A program made the position numbers and the translations under genes. From positions 26,855,919 through 26,919,918 of the forward strand of contig JARFYF010000046.1 in assembly GCA_030265395.1 (NCBI GenBank): 64,000 bases of DNA, given 5' to 3'. How positions within the stretch are numbered: the stretch's first letter is position 1; every line of letters starts with the position of its first letter. Under the pieces are notes generated by a model, which was given only the letters and a program-made list of their open reading frames with translations, was not told the origin of the DNA and ran no database searches. Source of the stretch: Rhina ancylostomus. Lineage: Eukaryota. Shown in pieces: positions 13,983-28,184 of the stretch.

Positions 13983-16324
13983 CTGAAAGTCATTTAAGAG
14001 CCAACTGCAGTCAACAATTAAACTGATAACTTCTCTTGGCTCAATTCAAGTTCTACATTTACAAAAATCTACTGTGGCTAAACATATTTAATAGGTAACT
14101 ATGCACTAAGTAAGACTTAAATGAATGTGAAAGCAATAGGCAGTAATGTCACCAGCATTCAAGTAAAGAGACTTAGTGAATTTCATATATTCAGCTGATT
14201 CTAATCATTTCTACTCTACTTCATCTACTGATTGTCAAGGGGGAATTTATTACAATATTCAGTGAGCTAATTGATAGATTTTGAGTCTCAATACCAATGT
14301 ACAAGTGAAGAATAAGTATAATTCCCAATTTCAGGAACCTTTTAACTTCTGTTCCATGGATGCCTTAGAATGCTGCAGAATTTTTCAGGTGCCTTCAGCA
14401 GCAGCTGCCTTAGAAAGGCATTAGGTCCGATGTTTATACTGGGGGTCTAATGTTAACTTCAGGACCACCTAAGAAAGTGTGGCTCTCTGCTTAAATGTGG
14501 ATGAGGAACCATTCAAGGTTAAATCTATGAGTTTTAGTTAATTAATTTTATTTAAGATGGAGTTAAGAAAGACAGAAGTGAAGTTTCTAGTCCCACAGCT
14601 CTCCTGACAAAAAGTTACCCATCCAACCCCATGCCCAGCACCATGGTCCTTCCCTCCACTCCCTTGACATCCATGCAAGACTCAAAGAAACACTGCAGAA
14701 AAAGGGAGCATTAACATTCCTCTTTCATGAAAATAGTAAGACCATAATGGTAGTCTGAAATTAAATGAAGGAACTAAGGATATGTCACTGGGTGATTCAG
14801 GTTAAAGAAAACATATATTTTTGAGGATATGCCACCATCCCAGCAAAAGCAGAATAGAAAATTGACCACGGCTTCATTGTAAAGCAGGATATTTTAGAAT
14901 TATTAGGCCTACTTGTTGACCATATGGCCTATTTTTGAAGCAAATGGAAAAATAATAGCTATGACTGTTTTTGGAATATTTGGGAAGATTTTCAAGGAAG
15001 TTAAATTTAAATCAACAGCAAGTCTTCAACTTTGAAGTTTACCCCAGATGAAATTCACTCCTACTTTAACAATTGGTTATGCATTGGACGGTGCTGTATT
15101 TTGGCCCTGCATAACTTGAGAACATCAGAAATAGATTATAGAAAGATACATGTTGCAATTGTCATATCACATTCCAAGTGGATCAGAAAACTAGCATCTA
15201 CACTTTTCTGTACCATGCTGAGAGGGGCCAAGGGAGAAAAGTAGAAAGAGATACTTTCTTCAATGACAGTAAAGGCTGATGCATTTTAGAAACTGATGGA
15301 AATTTTAAAATTCCAACAGTTTCAATTTTGATTGCAGAATCAGTCGATTTGTAAACGGAGAGTAATATGGGTTGTGTAAGTTGAGCTTACAAAACCTCTG
15401 ATAAGCTGGTTGAAGGATACAAAATGCAAAAAATCGTATCCAAATGGCTCATGAGGGATTTGGGTAGGCAAAAGGTATATCAAAGAATTGGAATAAAAAC
15501 AAGAATTGCTGGAAATACAGAGCAGCTCAGGCAGCCACTGTAGAAACTGAAAACCAAGCTGCAGGCAGAAATGAAACCAGTTGCTACATAACAAGGAAAT
15601 GCTGTAGCTGCACTAAATAAGCAGGAAAGCAGCAAACAGGATAAGGAGGATGCCAGGAAGGACAAGGGGCACGCAGCTATCTACAGGGAATCTGACTTCA
15701 ATGTGATGTTTCATGTCTTCACTTTATAGAAAGAAATTGTACTGGGATTAACTGATACCTCCTTAATCCTAAAATTTTGCTGTGGCAGTGTTTCACCTGA
15801 GCAGTGAAGTTAACTTGCTTTCTAATCCTTCGGATTTCTTTGTTCAAATTTTACAATGTGCTTTCAGTTAGTGCTCTGAACTTTTGATCCATTTTCCCAT
15901 CCTGCATCATTTGCTACCCTGAAATATCTTTCCTCCATGTGTCTGAAAACCCCCTTCCCCTTCAAATTAATTGATATGTCAAACTATTATAAACAAAGAC
16001 CTTGCCCAGCCTTCACTGTGAAATCCATGTTTTTTTTCCTCTCAAAGAAGGAGATGAACCAGAATGGCCAGGTACCATAACTGCCATGGTGGGGATTGCT
16101 TAATAGCAGAATCAGAACATAGTTAATGTGATGAGATTCAAGTCCAGCTTACCAGCATTAAAGTGTAGTATTTATTTGACACTGTCAAGTTTTGAGCATT
16201 GGACTATTTTTCAAAATGAGCATGAACCAGTCAATATATAAATGTAGATCACAATAAGCAATTTCACTCTGTCCAGAACCAGAAGGCATGCCTGCTCTTG
16301 AAGTGGAAATTTCAAAATAAATAT

Positions 16325-16720
16325 TGTTACGGACTAGGACAATTATTGAGTGTCCCTTTTAGATAGTGTGTGTGTGGCGTGCTTACGTCAACAGAAGATA
16401 AAGAACGTCATGACGCTGTTGTTAAAACAACCAGTGGGAGTCAATCTGACAGAGAGAGAGACAGAAGAATGAGAGAGAGAGAGAGAGAGACACCAGCCTG
16501 CTTGTTTTCTCTGTCGATGGATGAGAAACAATAACTGTGACTGTCACNNNNNNNNNNNNNNNNNNNNNNNNNNNNNNNNNNNNNNNNNNNNNNNNNNNNN
16601 NNNNNNNNNNNNNNNNNNNNNNNNNNNNNNNNNNNNNNNNNNNNNNNCTTCTGTTGACGTAAGCACGCCACACACACACTATCTAAAAGGGACACTCAAT
16701 AATTGTCCTAGTCCGTAACA
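16325..16720. mobile_element. Young element with perfect long terminal inverted repeats (TGT...ACA) and 4-bp ATAT TSD; Ginger-like DNA transposon candidate, interior hidden by N gap
   Basis: 16325-16397 is the exact reverse complement of 16648-16720; atat at 16321-16324 and 16721-16724; outer flanks differ. Confidence 0.7.
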
Positions 16721-17029
16721 ATATGAAAAGATATTTATGATCAATTTATATCAAACCTCTCCAGAGAAATATTAAAGACACAGCAGATTCAAATGCAAAT
16801 AAAAGACTTCGTTCAACAAATAATGTTTTGGGACACAGCCTATGAGTAATTTGAGAGATTACATGCTTTGAAGGAAATGGCATCTTTGGACAATGACTTG
16901 GGTTTTCTTTACATCCATTGCCTGGCTTTGTTTCACAACAACTCTATTATAAGGCAAACTATTTGCATGTTCCTAGCCTCTTCCATTTAGTAGATTGGCT
17001 GCTGAAATATTGAGTGTTTTGACTGTTTT

Positions 17030-18000
17030 TACATAGAACTTAGAACAGTACAGCACAGAAACAGGCCCTTTAGCCCACGATGTCAATGTCGAACATAGTG
17101 CCAAATTAAACTAATCCCTTCTGCCTGCATGTCATCCTTTCCCTGCATATTCATGTGCCTATCAAAAAGCCTCTTAAATGTCACTATCAGATCTGCTTTC
17201 ACCACTACCACCAGTGGCAGCACAATGCAGGCACCTGCCACTCCCTATGTAAAAAAACTTACCCTGCACAGCTGCTTTAAACTTTCCCCATCACCTTAAA
17301 GCCATGCCCTCCAGTATTTGACATTTTCCCCTGGGAAAAAGATTCTGAATGTCTACTTGATCTATGCCTCTCATAATTTGATAAACTTCTATGGGGTCTC
17401 CAATCAGCCTCCACTGGTCCAGAGAAAACAATCCAAGTTCGTTCAACCTCTCCTTATACCTAATGCCCTCTAACCTAGGCAGTATCCCAGTATACCTCTT
17501 TTTCAATCTCTCTAAAACCTTCACATCCTTCGTGTAATAGGACAACCAGAACGGCATACAATACTCCAAGTATGGCCTAACCGAAGTTTTATACAGCTAC
17601 AACATGATTTCTTGACTCTTATACTCAATGCCCCGACCAATGAACTCAAGCATGCCATACGACTTCTTTAGTACTCTATCTACTTGTGTTGCCACTTACA
17701 GCGAGCTATGGACATGGACCCAAGATCCCTCTGTATATCAATGCTGTTAAGGATCCTGCCATTAAATGCCATTAACTTAAGGACCCCCTGACATTTGACC
17801 TTCCAGAATGTAACACCTCACACTTGCCTGGATTAAACTCCAATGCCATTTCTCCACCTATATCTGCAACTGATCTATATCCATTGACAACCTTCTTCAC
17901 TGTCAGCAATTCCACCAATTTTTGTGTCATCTTCAAAGTTAATAACCAACCCATCCACATTTTTGTCCAAGCCATTTACATACATCATAAACAACAGAGG
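17030..18000 (-). mobile_element. CR1 LINE 3' ~1 kb
   Basis: ORFs EYCMPFWLSYYTKDVKVLERLKKRYTGILPRLEG and MALEFNPGKCEVLH; acatagaac tail. Confidence 0.9.
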
Positions 18001-18574
18001 TCCCTTTTATAATACTGTGGTCCTCTGTGGGGAAACTGTTGACAAGTCACTTTTTTGCTTGTGCTTTCTTTTGTCATCTTCTTCTCATCCTGGATTAATC
18101 AACCTTGCATGTATATTATGCTTGTGATTGTTAATGTACTTTCCTTGGGTGCAAAGATTTGAATTATTGATTTGATATACTTTACAATTTTTAAAGTGTA
18201 AACACAACAATTTTTAATCTTAATTCCCTTTACATTTTGCAAATTTACTTCACCATTTTTTTCACAATATCTCTTTTATAAAAACGTCCCTACATTTCTT
18301 TGGGAGCTCTTGAACCTTCTGAGAAACCCTTAAGCCTAGAAATTTTTGCAGCGGTCGAATTTGGGCATGAACCCAGTTTCTAGATGCTCATCTCTTCAAT
18401 CTGTATGCACATCAGTTTATCCAGCTAAATTCCCTCAGTGGTGTTCCAGAAACTAGTCCTAACTTACAAAGATTAAGAATAGAGATGACATCCTCGAATG
18501 AAGCCTAAACTAACACTTGTCCCGGAAGGCTCTTTTTCAGAATGAAATAAACATTACAGACAGATTAGAGTGTC

Positions 18575-18905
18575 ACCATCACAGCTAGTAGAATTGCTGC
18601 CTCACAGTTCTGGCAATCCAAGTTCAATTGTGACTGCTGGTGCTGTCTGTCTAAAGTTTGCATGTCCTCCCTTAGCCATATGGGTTTCTATTGGTTGCTC
18701 TGGTTTTGCTCCACATTCCCAAAGATGTGCAAGTTGGTAGGTTAACTGGCTACTGCAAATTGCCCCTTGTGTTAGTAGGTAGTAGAATCTGGGGGTAGAT
18801 GACAGGAATAAGTACAGGGAAAATTAGTGGGGGAATGGGATTGTTCTGTGAGCCAGCACTGATTAGATGGGCCAAATGATCTTCTTCAATGTCATAAGAA
18901 AATAT
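18575..18905 (+). mobile_element. tRNA-derived V-domain SINE
   Basis: gctgcctcacag ... gttcaat ... gctgtctgtctaaagtttgcatgtcctccc ... ccacattcccaaagatgtgc core. Confidence 0.75.
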
Positions 18906-18960
18906 GAAATACATGGATTAAATAAGCAAATGATTTCTCAATGACAGTGAAAAATCTTAC

Positions 18961-18999
18961 TCCTCACAAATAGGTCAGTATCTAAATTTACTCTAGAGA
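18961..18999 (-). CDS. Possible internal exon (39 nt, phase 1-1); VSRVNLDTDLFVR
   Basis: Acceptor gcttgttgctctag|TC, donor GGA|gtaaga, stop-free; no paralogy support. Confidence 0.35.
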
Positions 19000-21900
19000 C
19001 TAGAGCAACAAGCAACTGACAGAAAAAGCCCTGGGGTAAATGAAACATGATACATTATGTTTATATTTAGCCATCTTTATACCAGAAGTGCCAATAGTGG
19101 GATCAGCTGCTAATTCACAAATGCACTAGTACATAATGCACCAGCACTATAATCAATAAATATTAAAACTTAACAAAAATATGAAGCAAAGTGGTTGAAG
19201 GTGATTGAGGTTCAAAAATATGGGGATGCAGATTTAAAACTTACCAGACATTAAGCATGGGGTTAATGTCTTGCAATTGAAATAGTGCATTTAAATTGTG
19301 TGCTGTGCAACTAAGTTAATGAATAACAGCTGTGTCAAAACTGGATGCGAATATCTTTTTTGAGGAGGATTGACACATTCTCTAATTAATATTTGCAAAG
19401 CCTGATGCTGTAATATTATTTCCAATATGGCACAGTCCACTTTTTCTCATTCTTCTTTTGACCCTTGTGAGCATCTGTTACCAGCAATTATCCTTTTTTT
19501 TAGGAGAATTGATGTATTTATTGACTTGCAAAGGCTAAGGCTACTACATTACTATTTCCTGCATGGCACAGAGTACTTTTTTCCTAATTCTTGTCTGGAT
19601 CTTTATTACTATTTATTGTTGACAATGATTCTTTTTTGGAGAGTGATACATTTATTGACTTACTTTTGAAAAGGCTGAGACTATTGCATCACTATTTTCA
19701 GTATGGTTCTAATTCTTCTTTAAACCTTTGTCACTATTTATCACTCTTTTATTATTGCTGAATGATGATCAGACTCGACCAATCCCAAATGGTACAAAGG
19801 TATTGAATAAAGTAAATTCCTCAGAGTAAACTGGAATTAAAATAGCTCTGCTATTTTAATTAATAACAAAGTATTTCCCGCTCTCTTTAGAACTAATGCT
19901 AATCTTAACCAGTTACTGTCTCAGGTGTCAGTAATCAGCAGAATTACATTCTCATGCCATGTGTTGTTGATGGTACACTTGGTAAGTTCATATAGTTAAT
20001 GGTACCAGTTGAAGAAGATCATTTGTAGTTAAAAAAAAGGTGCTTGCATATAGATAGGAAGTTTATTAAAAGGGGCAAATTAACTGAAGGCAGTATGCAA
20101 TAGTACAGAGTAGACATAATATTCCCAACACTACAATGCCCACCTGTGTTAAAGATATCCAGATTGAAATTTTCCCAGCAGTATGGCACATTTATGCCAA
20201 CCCTTATCTGTGATGTATGGAGCATAACAACAAGGGAAAAGATCTTATAACCAATTAATATCATTCATGCCATAAACTGTGCAGCTCTGACTCCAATTCA
20301 TTGTTAACCTCTTCGTAAAAATATTTTTCAGATCCTTACTCAATCCTATCAGTAAGCTGATCCTATTATGAACGTTTATCAAACCTTCATACATTTCTGA
20401 TCATAATATCCCTTTACTTGAGATATGACTGTCTTTCAAGGAGGAACATAAAAATAACAACTAAGAAAAGAGAACAGAACCCATTCCACTCTGTCTTCAC
20501 TTTCTCAGTTTCTTTGGGATTTCTGTCTTTTTTTGAAAGTGGACCAAGACTTCAGCTGCAATAGGCACTGGTCTAACGCTAGCAGAGTAGTGAGCTGGGA
20601 GAGTGCATCTCAATCTTCACTTTTTCAAGATATCCCTAATGCAGAAGTCGTAAGTTTATGCAGGATCTTAAGTAATGCAGGATACAAACTGCAGATAGAG
20701 CAACTTTTGTGCAGCTGCTTACAAGTCAATTTCCACCATAAGGTCCCACCAGGGATTGAGTGCATTCTTAAGGTTTGCTAATGGCCTGAGACATTAATCA
20801 GCAGTATGGAGAAAGCTTGATAGGAGCTGCATTTACTTGGTGGTTAGCTGTGACAATTCAGGAAATGAATTCCACCCCATTTCCTCCTTAATTAAGTACA
20901 TTTAAGACTTTTTTAAATGTTATTATGAGTTATTATCCATGCATCCAAATATAACATGACTAATTTTGCCATAACATAATTGTTTCATTTTGATACAACG
21001 CAGACTTGATATAAATGTAGAATTGTTTCTGAACCCCAAATAGTGAACGAAATCTCAACACATTGTGACAGGAATGAAATGTAGATTTGAGTCACTAGTT
21101 CTTGATGTGGTCAATGATTTTAATCATAGAAAATACACAAATACAAGCCCAGTAATTATGCTTGTTTTGGGACTCTACCATTAATTCTGTCAGAGTGCAG
21201 GGAATGGTGGGAAATGAGCCTCCTTGAGTGAGCCTTCAGCAGTTTGGGGTTGCATGGACATTGATTCTATATCAGGTTTTCCTGGAAGAGCAAACTTATT
21301 GCTTCTGCTTTTGGGGATAAACCCTTCAATTCATCAGATGGCAATTTCATTCTGGATCCTAAAAGGTCCTGTTGTTATTGGCCAGACATACTGGTGAGAT
21401 CAAATGTAATTGGCTTATGGTAAGCCATTTCTGATGGATGGCCTCTCTAGCAGGAACTGTAAATATGATGTTCCTGCTTCCAGCAAAATTTTCCTGCATT
21501 AATGTCAGGCAGAGCACCTGTACTCCTTAGGCCCAATAAGAAATACAACTTCAGGCCATATCCAGTATATCTGGATCTTGGCTGAGTTTGTGGACATTCT
21601 GGAAAACTCCTTTCAGACTTAAGGTTGGATACACTGATGGCCATATAATTTCAAAGTCAAAGGAAGTAAAATTGGACAAGAAAGACAAAGTAGGTGAATC
21701 ACAATAGTTTACCATTATTTATACATCACATTTTAGAGCTATATATCGAACTCGACTGGACTGAATATCAACTGGAGCTTAGAAGAGGTGATCTTTCCAA
21801 TGCTTTCAGTTCTGCATTGCTACCCATGTCTAACTTCACTTCTCTCCCACTTCCCCATCCCTGCAATTTCATTCAGAAGCCATAAGGAAACACTTTACAA

Positions 21901-24874
21901 GTGCAACTTGTTGGTTTGCATACATAATTAATCTCGCACAGGAGCATCATCCCACAAACATTCCTGTTCCATACACATCGATTAAATGGGGAAAAAAAAT
22001 TCAGAATGGAAAATATTCAACAGAGTGGAGAAGCAGTGGCCTGGAGATTCTGATGCACCCAAAAGAGTGCACAAGATGGGCAGTTCAGCAGGCACCAATG
22101 ACTCTTTCCATCATAGCCCCCTCCCACTGCAAACTTTCTAATTTTAGGGAATAAAAATGAGCCTCCTGGGAATTGGTTTCATGACTGAATTCAGGGAATT
22201 GAATGGCCAGTGTGCCCAATCAAGCCTGTGCTACATTGGGAATGAAGAAATCTGGGAAGAAGAATCAGGCCTGTGGCATAAGTTGGTGAATGAAAGGAGG
22301 GAGTGCAGGCAAAGAAGTCAGAAATCGTGTCTTGATTTTGGGATGGTAAAGAAGTGGGGTTGAAGAGCGGGATGAGAGCGTGTGCATTTGGTCAGTAGTG
22401 GAGTGGGGGTGGGGGGCGGTATGACAGCTAATAATCAGTGAGATGATCCAGCACTAGGCTGACGATTGGCCAAGGACTGGAGCAGTGATGTGGAGGGGGG
22501 AGTGGACGGGTATTTGGAGAGCAAAGGCTTCCATCTCAGACCTGGGAAAGTCAGGAGTTGGAGGATCAGAAGGATGGAGAGATTGGGAATGGGTAGAAAG
22601 GGGCCTTAAGGGTTACCAGTGACATAGTGTATTGTCAGTACATAGTAGGGAGGGTTCTACAGAATGAAAGGTAATTAGGGCAATTGAGGGATATAACTGG
22701 CAGGGGTCACAATCCTTTTGTTAGGCTGGAATGACCTATTTGTCCCTTGGAATGTACAATGATGGTTGCTCCCAAGGAACATGATTCCAAGATTCCCTAA
22801 GGAGCAATAAATATTATCCCATGTGTGGAATGAAAAAATCACACCAGAATGCAAGGGTGAAGCATACCTGAATTTGTCTTGCTGAAATTCTGCAGTGATG
22901 TGAAATGCCCTGGAAGTGGTTTTAAACTGGGCAACAGTGAAGAGAAGAATGTTCTTTCATAGGCAAGTATCATGGTCTTTCAAATTACTATTCAGAAACA
23001 TGTCAGATCTAATAATGATTGCAACTGAAGCCAAATGTTTAAACTTCACTGATGAAACTCAAGAAGTCTTAAAATAATATAGACTTTCCATATCATAGAA
23101 AGTTTGACGTGTGTCTTATTTATTTTGGAATGATCCTCCTTTGATCAAAATTAGTACAAACACACTGGCTAAAAATTCACTTGCATTGTGCATATTTTCA
23201 GGCATGAAAGGGATGCCAAGATTCTACTATGATAACTACTGTGTATATCTAAAGTATAACAGCTGAAATATTAGATCAGGATCTTCTTTAGTGCAAAAGC
23301 ATCATCTCTGGAATGTCCCTGACATATTTTGATAAAAGACAAAGCTAGGGCCAGAGCTTTGACTCCTGATATTCAGAGGCATTTAAAAACTAATAAAAAT
23401 AAAGTAAATAATAAAAATAAAAATAAGTTAATTAAAACATATAAGACACTCAGAAACAATAAAAAGTTACAGTAAGGTAGCTTTAATGAATAACTAAACT
23501 TCTGATGTTCTTCATAATATGCAGGCCTGGAATCCACCTTGACATTAATAAGGTCTCAGATCCTACAGTAGGCCTACAACATCCGAGAGTGAATTTCTCA
23601 GTATAATGCAAGTCTGAGAGTGTGGTGCCCAGCAACAGAGCACAGAGACAGCTGCACATCATCTGTCATTCAGTAAGTTTGGATTTACAGCACATAGATT
23701 AGTCTTAGACTTATTTACATTCAAATGATTTAATGCTGGTGATTGCCACTGGCAGGAATGTGCATCCTGCTAAGATAAAAATCCTACGTTTGTTCAAGGA
23801 TGCTTTTGTGAAATAAATCTGCTCCAGCATCTGATTCTACACTCAGCAAAATATGGGGCTAACAGACCCTCTGGAGGAGCAGCAATTAAAGGGATCTACT
23901 CCTCTCTTTGGTTTAGCTGCAGGTTTGACCCTTGTAGTTTGGTTTAGCTTCTGCATTCTACAGCTAAATTTAGCATTCTGCTGTCAAAAATTTTGCAGAT
24001 GTGGGAACAAGGCATGTCTTTTTCAATCTAATTTTATTGTACCTGGGTGATTAAGTAGGACCACTTTTAGGTCTAGATTTTGAGTCAAAGAATAGACGAG
24101 ATAGCACAGAACAGGAACAGCAGGGTGATTAGGAAAATGAAAGGCAATGTGCACAAGACAGGAGGCCACACATATATCTCATCTTGATGAAGGACTTCTC
24201 ATTTATAACTTCACTGAGAAGCATCTGTTTTCAAATAATACTCCAATCGAACACACTCCCAGTTTAAACAGAAGTTTTTAAAAATAGAAATTGAAGAAAT
24301 ACAAAAGGCAGGACAAGGCCAAGGACATGATTTAACCAATGCTTATGGGTCAGGGTGAGCACCAAGCAAACCTGTAAGTTCCATTTGAATTATTATGGGT
24401 GTTGTCAGATACCCTTGCTTCACCATGAGAGTTATCACTAAGCTATATCACCTGATACAGTTAGTTTGACTATTTCACGATAGTCTTCAGACATGTTGCA
24501 TTGGTTGCCTACAACAATATGGTAGTCAAATAAACTTTTGTGGTAGTAAAATGTATTGCATTGAAATTGTCAGTTAGATCTACGTTATAGTGGATACTCT
24601 TGTTTCATCCTTCACTCCTTAATCCATATTGAACAAAATAGTGTCCATACTCTGTATAAAACTTTTATACAAGCTGGAGTCAGAGTCCTCCATACGTTGC
24701 TTCATTTTNNNNNNNNNNNNNNTGAACTTGGTATTTTTTCAAGTTGGTCCATCAGACTCCTTCAGCCTCAAAGACAATACCTGAGTCTTCTGCAGCAGAA
24801 CTAATACATGATATTGTTTTCTAGTTACAGTGGAAATTGGCTGTAGTTTATCAACTGATTGTGTGATATACAGT

Positions 24875-25145
24875 CATAGAGTGATGGAGAGATAGAACAT
24901 GGAACACTACAGCACAGTACAGGCCCTTCGGTCCACAGAGTCCAGGCTGAGCATTAATCAACCATTTACACTAATCCAAAAAATTCCATTTTTTTATTCT
25001 CCAAATTTTCTCATTAACTCCCCTAGAGACTACCAAACACCAACACACTATTGGCAATTTACAGTGGCTATGTCATCTACCAAGCTGCATGTCTTTGGAA
25101 TATGGGAGAAAACTAGAGCACCTGGAGGAAACCCATGCAATCCTA
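24875..25145 (-). mobile_element. SINE fragment (V core plus CR1-type tail)
   Basis: acagcacagtacaggcccttcggtccac tail; gagcacctggaggaaacccatgc core on the reverse strand. Confidence 0.75.
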
Positions 25146-26103
25146 CTGTGTCATGGATATGGTGGAAGGAAGGCAGAGAGTGAGGATGAAGAAATGCTGA
25201 GAGGTATTTGCTCATAGCAATCGCTATTACTATGACTTTTTCATTTCCTGTGATGCCAAGCACAAATTATTCTACGAGATAAAGATATGCAGACATCGAA
25301 TACCTCTTACTACATATCGTGCAAGGTCTTTGTTTGCAAAAATGTTGGTGGCTGACTTGAAGTGATTGGAGAATATAGCTGTTATGTTCACCAAAAAGTT
25401 TGTATGTTGAGAGAAAGATGTAATGTGTGGGTACAGAGGTTGCAATGTTTGAGTGTATGAAGCAGTGTTTGATTATAGGAGAATAATACGGAAGAAAAAT
25501 AATGAAATGAAATGAGGAAGAGCAATATTGTGATGAATATGGTTGCAGGTGGTACATGTGTCAGGAGATTCAAAATAATTGATCTAACAGGTAAGGTCTT
25601 CTCTGATCAACCAAGTTAAGGATGCTGATTTTATTTCTGAATGCAGAACCCATATGAGGCTGAACTTCTGCCACTGCTCTCTTGCAATGCGTTTGGAAGT
25701 GTTTCTTACAAGCCCAGTCATCCTTAAGAAAATACTCATTCTTATTCAAAATCTGAAAATTTGGAACCCACCTGCCTCTCTCTTCTGTTATTTGACATCT
25801 TTGAGAACATATCTTTGCAGTCTCTGCAGCTAGAGCACATGTCCCTTTTCTCAAATCCTGGCATAAGAAAGCATGTTTTTCTACCACACAGCCAAACAGC
25901 CACTCAGCAAACAGTACTTCTGATTACATGCTTGAACCTTAACAGTGATCTTTCAACATCAATATCATGTGATGCATGGAACCCATTCTCAAGCATACCC
26001 AAATTTCTAGGCTACTGGGTTTGTTTAAAGAACGTTTAAGAAAATAATGCACAAAGCATTGTAAATATGATAGACAATAAGTTATCAAATATTGAAAACT
26101 TAC

Positions 26104-26163
26104 CTGAAGAGGAATCAGATGGTTTGGCTGCCAAATTTACATTTGTCTCAGTGGGTTCCATTT
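26104..26163 (-). CDS. Internal coding exon (60 nt, phase 1-1); EMEPTETNVNLAAKPSDSSS
   Basis: Acceptor tatatcttttag|AA, consensus donor CAG|gtaagt. Confidence 0.75.
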
Positions 26164-28184
26164 CTAAAAGATATATATACATATATTAATGTATCTAATT
26201 CCTGCAAACAGAAATGTTATTTCCTGCTAAAAATAATGTATATTGTTACTGAGCAAGGAACTGCAACACAATAAATAAATGTATGATTCAATAAATTAGA
26301 TTTTTTATCATCAAATCACATCAAGTAGATAATTTATTGAAGCTTCATTGAAACAGAGAACAAAAAAATTCGTACTTATTGTTGATTCAAGGAGCACTTA
26401 TGAAGAGATCGTAATGAAAATCCCAGTACTTTACAAAGAACAATTCTGAAGCTAAGATTGTGAGCCTGTGAAAATAGAAGCTTGATAAGCTAATAGGAAT
26501 CGCTAATAAGTAAACAACAAAAATAAAATGGATGGAGAGGTGTGATGCAAAAGACACGTATCTACAGGGAAGGCATAAGGAAATAACAAAACATATGGAA
26601 ATTAGATCATACCATTTGCTTTTGAAGCAATTCATGATCCAAGATTAATTTTTCCCAGAATACATCAACTTGGGTGAAATCATACCAGTCATAAAAGTCA
26701 TATAGAAAGGAAACAGGCCCGTTGGCTCACTGTGTCAGTGCAGGCCATCAAGTACCTAATTATACTAATCCCATTCTCCGGCACCAAGTCATAGCTTTCT
26801 ATACCAGGACACTTCAAGTGTTCATTGAAATATTTCTAAAATTTTGTCCAAGTACCTGCCTCCAGCATCACCAGGCACTTATGATCATGATCCTTGTTGG
26901 TGGTCCTGACTTCTTTCTGGCACAATGCCCATTCCCACTCATTGTGACATAAAATGGAGCTCAAACTTACGCTATAACAATTAGAAAGTCTCGTTCAAAC
27001 TAAGAGTATCACATTTGTTTGTTAATTTTCCTGTTATTTAAAGAGACATCCTGTTGATAACAGAAGGCTTAACTCGACAGTTTCAGAAATGACCAGGCTG
27101 TTCATACATCTTCCAGAGTCCACAGAGTACATTCAAATTAACATTGTTTTCTTAGCATTTAGCTGTTGAGAAACTCATTCAATGGCCGCCTCATCCGCCA
27201 TCACCACTGGCAGTTCTGGAGATGTCATTAGATATAATTAGACTAGAGGTGTCATTATGGGCACAGCTGGCCACTCAGGGTGCATCAGGACCCTGGGGCA
27301 GAAGTCATGGCTCAGAACAGCCTAGTCCCAGAGAGTCTTCAGAGAAACCAAACCTTAATTGGACCTCTCTGAACAATATATTCACAGGCTCAATGTATCC
27401 AAGTTTGTCATCCCTGAGAAAAGTGGAGGTAAGGACCTTCCACCATACTCTCACGAATGGACTGCTCTCCCCATGGAGAAGAAAACCACATTTACTCTCA
27501 GTTTTATCACCACAGGATTATTCCAAGTAGTAATGGCAAATCTCTATTACTGGCTGTCTTATGCACTTTAAAGAGGTCTGCCATGTACCATATTTCCAAA
27601 TAAATTATTTCATCTACTTTGATTTCAATAAAGACAAATTGATATGTCAGATACCAGGATTTTCCAACATTGTTGGCTTCCTACAACTGCTGGGAATCAT
27701 TGTCCCCTTTAGTCATGTGCTGCTATAGCCACCCAGAGCCTTTTTTTAAACAGGAAACTTCCCCACTCCCACAAGATGCATGCCACAGTGAATCACAAAA
27801 CAATTTCCTGTTGGTGAATGCCATATTTCTAAGAAGTGCATGTGATTCCTTCATCCTGTCATGAGTTCACATTGCTTGATATTTTCAGCGGCTAGCATTG
27901 CTTTGAGGGATGAATCCCATGAAATAAATGCTGCTCTCTACTTCCATGGCTCCTCATACCAGTGCATCCTCCAATTACAATGCCTGCATGCAGATACAAT
28001 CAAAATCACACACATGGCAGAATCATGGTGCAGCATAGCATAAGTTGCCTTAAAGTGAGGTCTTTTTGTTTGCATTAGTCTAGGGTTGTCTTTCTGTACA
28101 GGCCAAATAGCCATGGTGACTGTCATCTACTGCATGATGCACAACCTTGCCAATTGAAGGAAAAGAAACAAAGGAGAACAATTT

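Noticed and set aside
19245-19310. Strong donor TG|gtaagt with upstream AG
   Set aside because: Open only when ending in phase 2; does not fit the phase-1 chain
22868-22926. Candidate exon with donor CAG|gtatgc
   Set aside because: Best acceptor gives 59 nt with a stop in phase 1; the 42-nt alternative needs a weaker downstream AG
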